Source: Bdellovibrio sp. (lineage in GTDB: Bacteria; Bdellovibrionota; Bdellovibrionia; Bdellovibrionales; Bdellovibrionaceae). From it: a stretch of DNA of 64,000 bases. Positions 62,068-64,000 of the stretch are shown piece by piece. The notes below the pieces were generated by a model. That model saw only the letters and a program-made list of their open reading frames with translations, searched no databases and was not told the DNA's origin. The stretch lies in NCBI GenBank assembly GCA_036677065.1, contig JAKFBS010000001.1, forward strand, positions 64,001 to 128,000, in the 5' to 3' direction. Within the stretch, counting starts at the first letter, position 1. Each line of letters opens with the position of its first letter. The position numbers and the translations under genes are program-made.

Positions 62068-63174
62068 ATGAAAATCGAAATTCAGAAGAAAGATTTATTA
62101 GGATTAATTGGCCGTACGCAAAACATCGTTGAAAAAAGAAATACAATGCCTGTTTTAGTGAACGTTCTTTTAGAAAGCTCTAATAATCAATTAAAGGCCT
62201 ATGCAACGGATTTAGAAGTAAGCCTTACTGACAGCAGCCCAGCCGTGATTAAAGAAGATGGCAAGGTCGCAGTGAGCGCTAAGAGCCTATTTGATTTAAC
62301 TAAAGAACTTTTAGAAGGACCGATCCAATTAACTAAAAAAGATAATAACTACTTAGAAATCAAGCAGGGTAAGTTTTTATCTAAAATTGTTGGTGTTGCT
62401 GCTGAAGAGTATCCAGTGTTCCCAACATACAAATCTGAAAACTTCTCAAAAATTGATGCATCAGAATTTAAGCAAATGATTGATAAAACTATTTATTCTG
62501 TTTCAAACGATGAAACTCGTTACCACTTGAACGGCGTTTTTTTTGAAGCCTCTGATATGAACAATGTGACAATGGTTGCAACCGATGGTCACCGTCTAAG
62601 TTTAATTAAAAAAACTTTTGCTGGTTTAACTTTCACCGACAAAGTTGGTGTGATTATCCCTAAAAAAGGTTTATTCGAAATTAAAAAATTAATTGAGAAC
62701 ACAGTTGAAGATGTATTTGTTGCTGTAGAAGGTTCTCAATTTATTGTTAAATGTGGCACTTGCGTATTGATGATTCGTTTGATCGAAGGCAAGTACCCGA
62801 ATTATCAACAGTTTATTCCACAGAAGTTAACTCATAAAATTAAAATTCCTCGTGAAATGATTTTATCTTCATTGAAAAAAGTTTCTTTATTGGCGAATCA
62901 AAAATCAAAAGCGATTTTATTTTCATTCACTTCAAATAAATTAGAAATCACTTCAAGCAATCCAGAACTTGGTGATGCTAAAGATGAATTAGATGTTGAT
63001 TACACTGGGCCTGATTTAAAAATCGGTTTTAATGCTAGATACATTGAAGATGTTTTAAAAAACATTGAACAAGAAAGTATCGAGATCGAATTAAATGATC
63101 AGACTTCACCAGGTGTTTTAAAAGCGCATGGTAAAAATGACTACATTAACGTAGTTATGCCTATGAGAATTTGA
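62068..63174 (+). CDS. dnaN: DNA polymerase III beta sliding clamp
   Basis: ATDLE, TRYHLNGV, VATDGHRL, RLIEGKYPNY, VVMPMR. Confidence 0.97.
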   Translation: MKIEIQKKDLLGLIGRTQNIVEKRNTMPVLVNVLLESSNNQLKAYATDLEVSLTDSSPAVIKEDGKVAVSAKSLFDLTKELLEGPIQLTKKDNNYLEIKQGKFLSKIVGVAAEEYPVFPTYKSENFSKIDASEFKQMIDKTIYSVSNDETRYHLNGVFFEASDMNNVTMVATDGHRLSLIKKTFAGLTFTDKVGVIIPKKGLFEIKKLIENTVEDVFVAVEGSQFIVKCGTCVLMIRLIEGKYPNYQQFIPQKLTHKIKIPREMILSSLKKVSLLANQKSKAILFSFTSNKLEITSSNPELGDAKDELDVDYTGPDLKIGFNARYIEDVLKNIEQESIEIELNDQTSPGVLKAHGKNDYINVVMPMRI

Positions 63175-64000
63175 TGCAATTAAATACGCTCGGACTGAAA
63201 AACTTTAGAAATATATCTGAAGCTTTTCTACGACTGTCTCCACGCTTAAATATTTTTATTGGCGATAATGGTCAGGGAAAAACTAATTTTATCGAAAGTA
63301 TTCATCTTCTGATTGAAGGTGAATCTTTTAGATACTCTGACTACTCAACACTTATTCAATTCGGACACGAGAGCGCTTTTGTAAAAGCCACCTTAGTTAA
63401 TAACGAACTTGAATACCAAATACTGTTGAAAATTCTGGGGAATAAGAAAGAAACCCTGGTGAATGATAAAAAAACCACCAAGATTGAGCAGTATTTGCCT
63501 CCAGTTGTGTTATTTTCACCTGAAAGCCTATCAGTGATCAAAGAAAGTGCTGATGAGCGCAGAAAGCTTTTAGATAGCTTAATCGAAACCAGCATAAAAA
63601 ATGGTAAACAGTTATTACTAGATTTTAAAAAAGCCTTAAGAACACGCAATAAAATTTTAAAAGATATCTCTGAAGAAAAAATATCCCGCGATATGGGATT
63701 ACAAACACTAGATAGCATTAATCAGATCTATTTTGGTTTAGCAGGTAAGCTTACTTACCTGCGAATTAAATGTCTGACTGACATCAAACCCTTTGTGCAA
63801 GAGGCTTTGGTGAAAATCGAAGCAAAAAATCCAAATGTGACGTTTGATTTTTCTTACGTCATTTCTGATCAAAAAATTGTGGAAAATTCTGAGGAAATGT
63901 TGATAAACCTTATGAAAAAAAGAGCTCAAGAATTGCTTCCAGCTGAGCTTTCCGCAGGCATAAGTTTAGTTGGTCCGCAGAAGCATGATGTCATATTTCT
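63174..64000 (+). CDS. recF: DNA replication/repair protein RecF (runs off the window end)
   Basis: Manual translation from ATG 63174: MQLNTLGLKNFRN...NIFIGDNGQGKTNFIESI; follows dnaN. Confidence 0.93.
   Translation, partial: MQLNTLGLKNFRNISEAFLRLSPRLNIFIGDNGQGKTNFIESIHLLIEGESFRYSDYSTLIQFGHESAFVKATLVNNELEYQILLKILGNKKETLVNDKKTTKIEQYLPPVVLFSPESLSVIKESADERRKLLDSLIETSIKNGKQLLLDFKKALRTRNKILKDISEEKISRDMGLQTLDSINQIYFGLAGKLTYLRIKCLTDIKPFVQEALVKIEAKNPNVTFDFSYVISDQKIVENSEEMLINLMKKRAQELLPAELSAGISLVGPQKHDVIF

Overview
Chromosomal core region spanning the replication origin of an AT-rich Bdellovibrionota-like bacterium. The taxon is inferred from gene order and protein style, not proven. In order: acyl-CoA carboxylase trio; secreted hypothetical; orphan hybrid histidine kinase; RDD-tatC-tatB-hypothetical; orphan CpaF/TadA ATPase; M16 peptidase; hemW-grpE-dnaJ-LpoA-like; two tandem DksA/TraR paralogues; lon; a five-gene putative iron-uptake operon (porin, imelysin, di-haem c protein, cupredoxin, FTR1); an HTH/coiled-coil protein; patatin; a signal-peptide-bearing Fic protein; membrane-arm-only nuoAHJKLMN; mfd; three envelope hypotheticals; a CapA-family gene; atpF'FHAGDC; bactofilin-parB-parA with three parS sites and an antisense lipoprotein; rsmG-mnmG-mnmE-jag-yidC-yidD-rnpA-rpmH; dnaA-oriC-dnaN-recF (partial). 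No rRNA, tRNA, CRISPR array or mobile element was recognised. Best leads: (1) an exported Fic enzyme with an intact active-site motif; (2) a hybrid Efe/Ftr/Irp-like iron operon; (3) a lipoprotein whose sigma28-like promoter overlaps parS; (4) a 4-Cys/1-Cys DksA pair, each with an anti-Shine-Dalgarno leader. Promoter and RNA-structure calls were made by eye.
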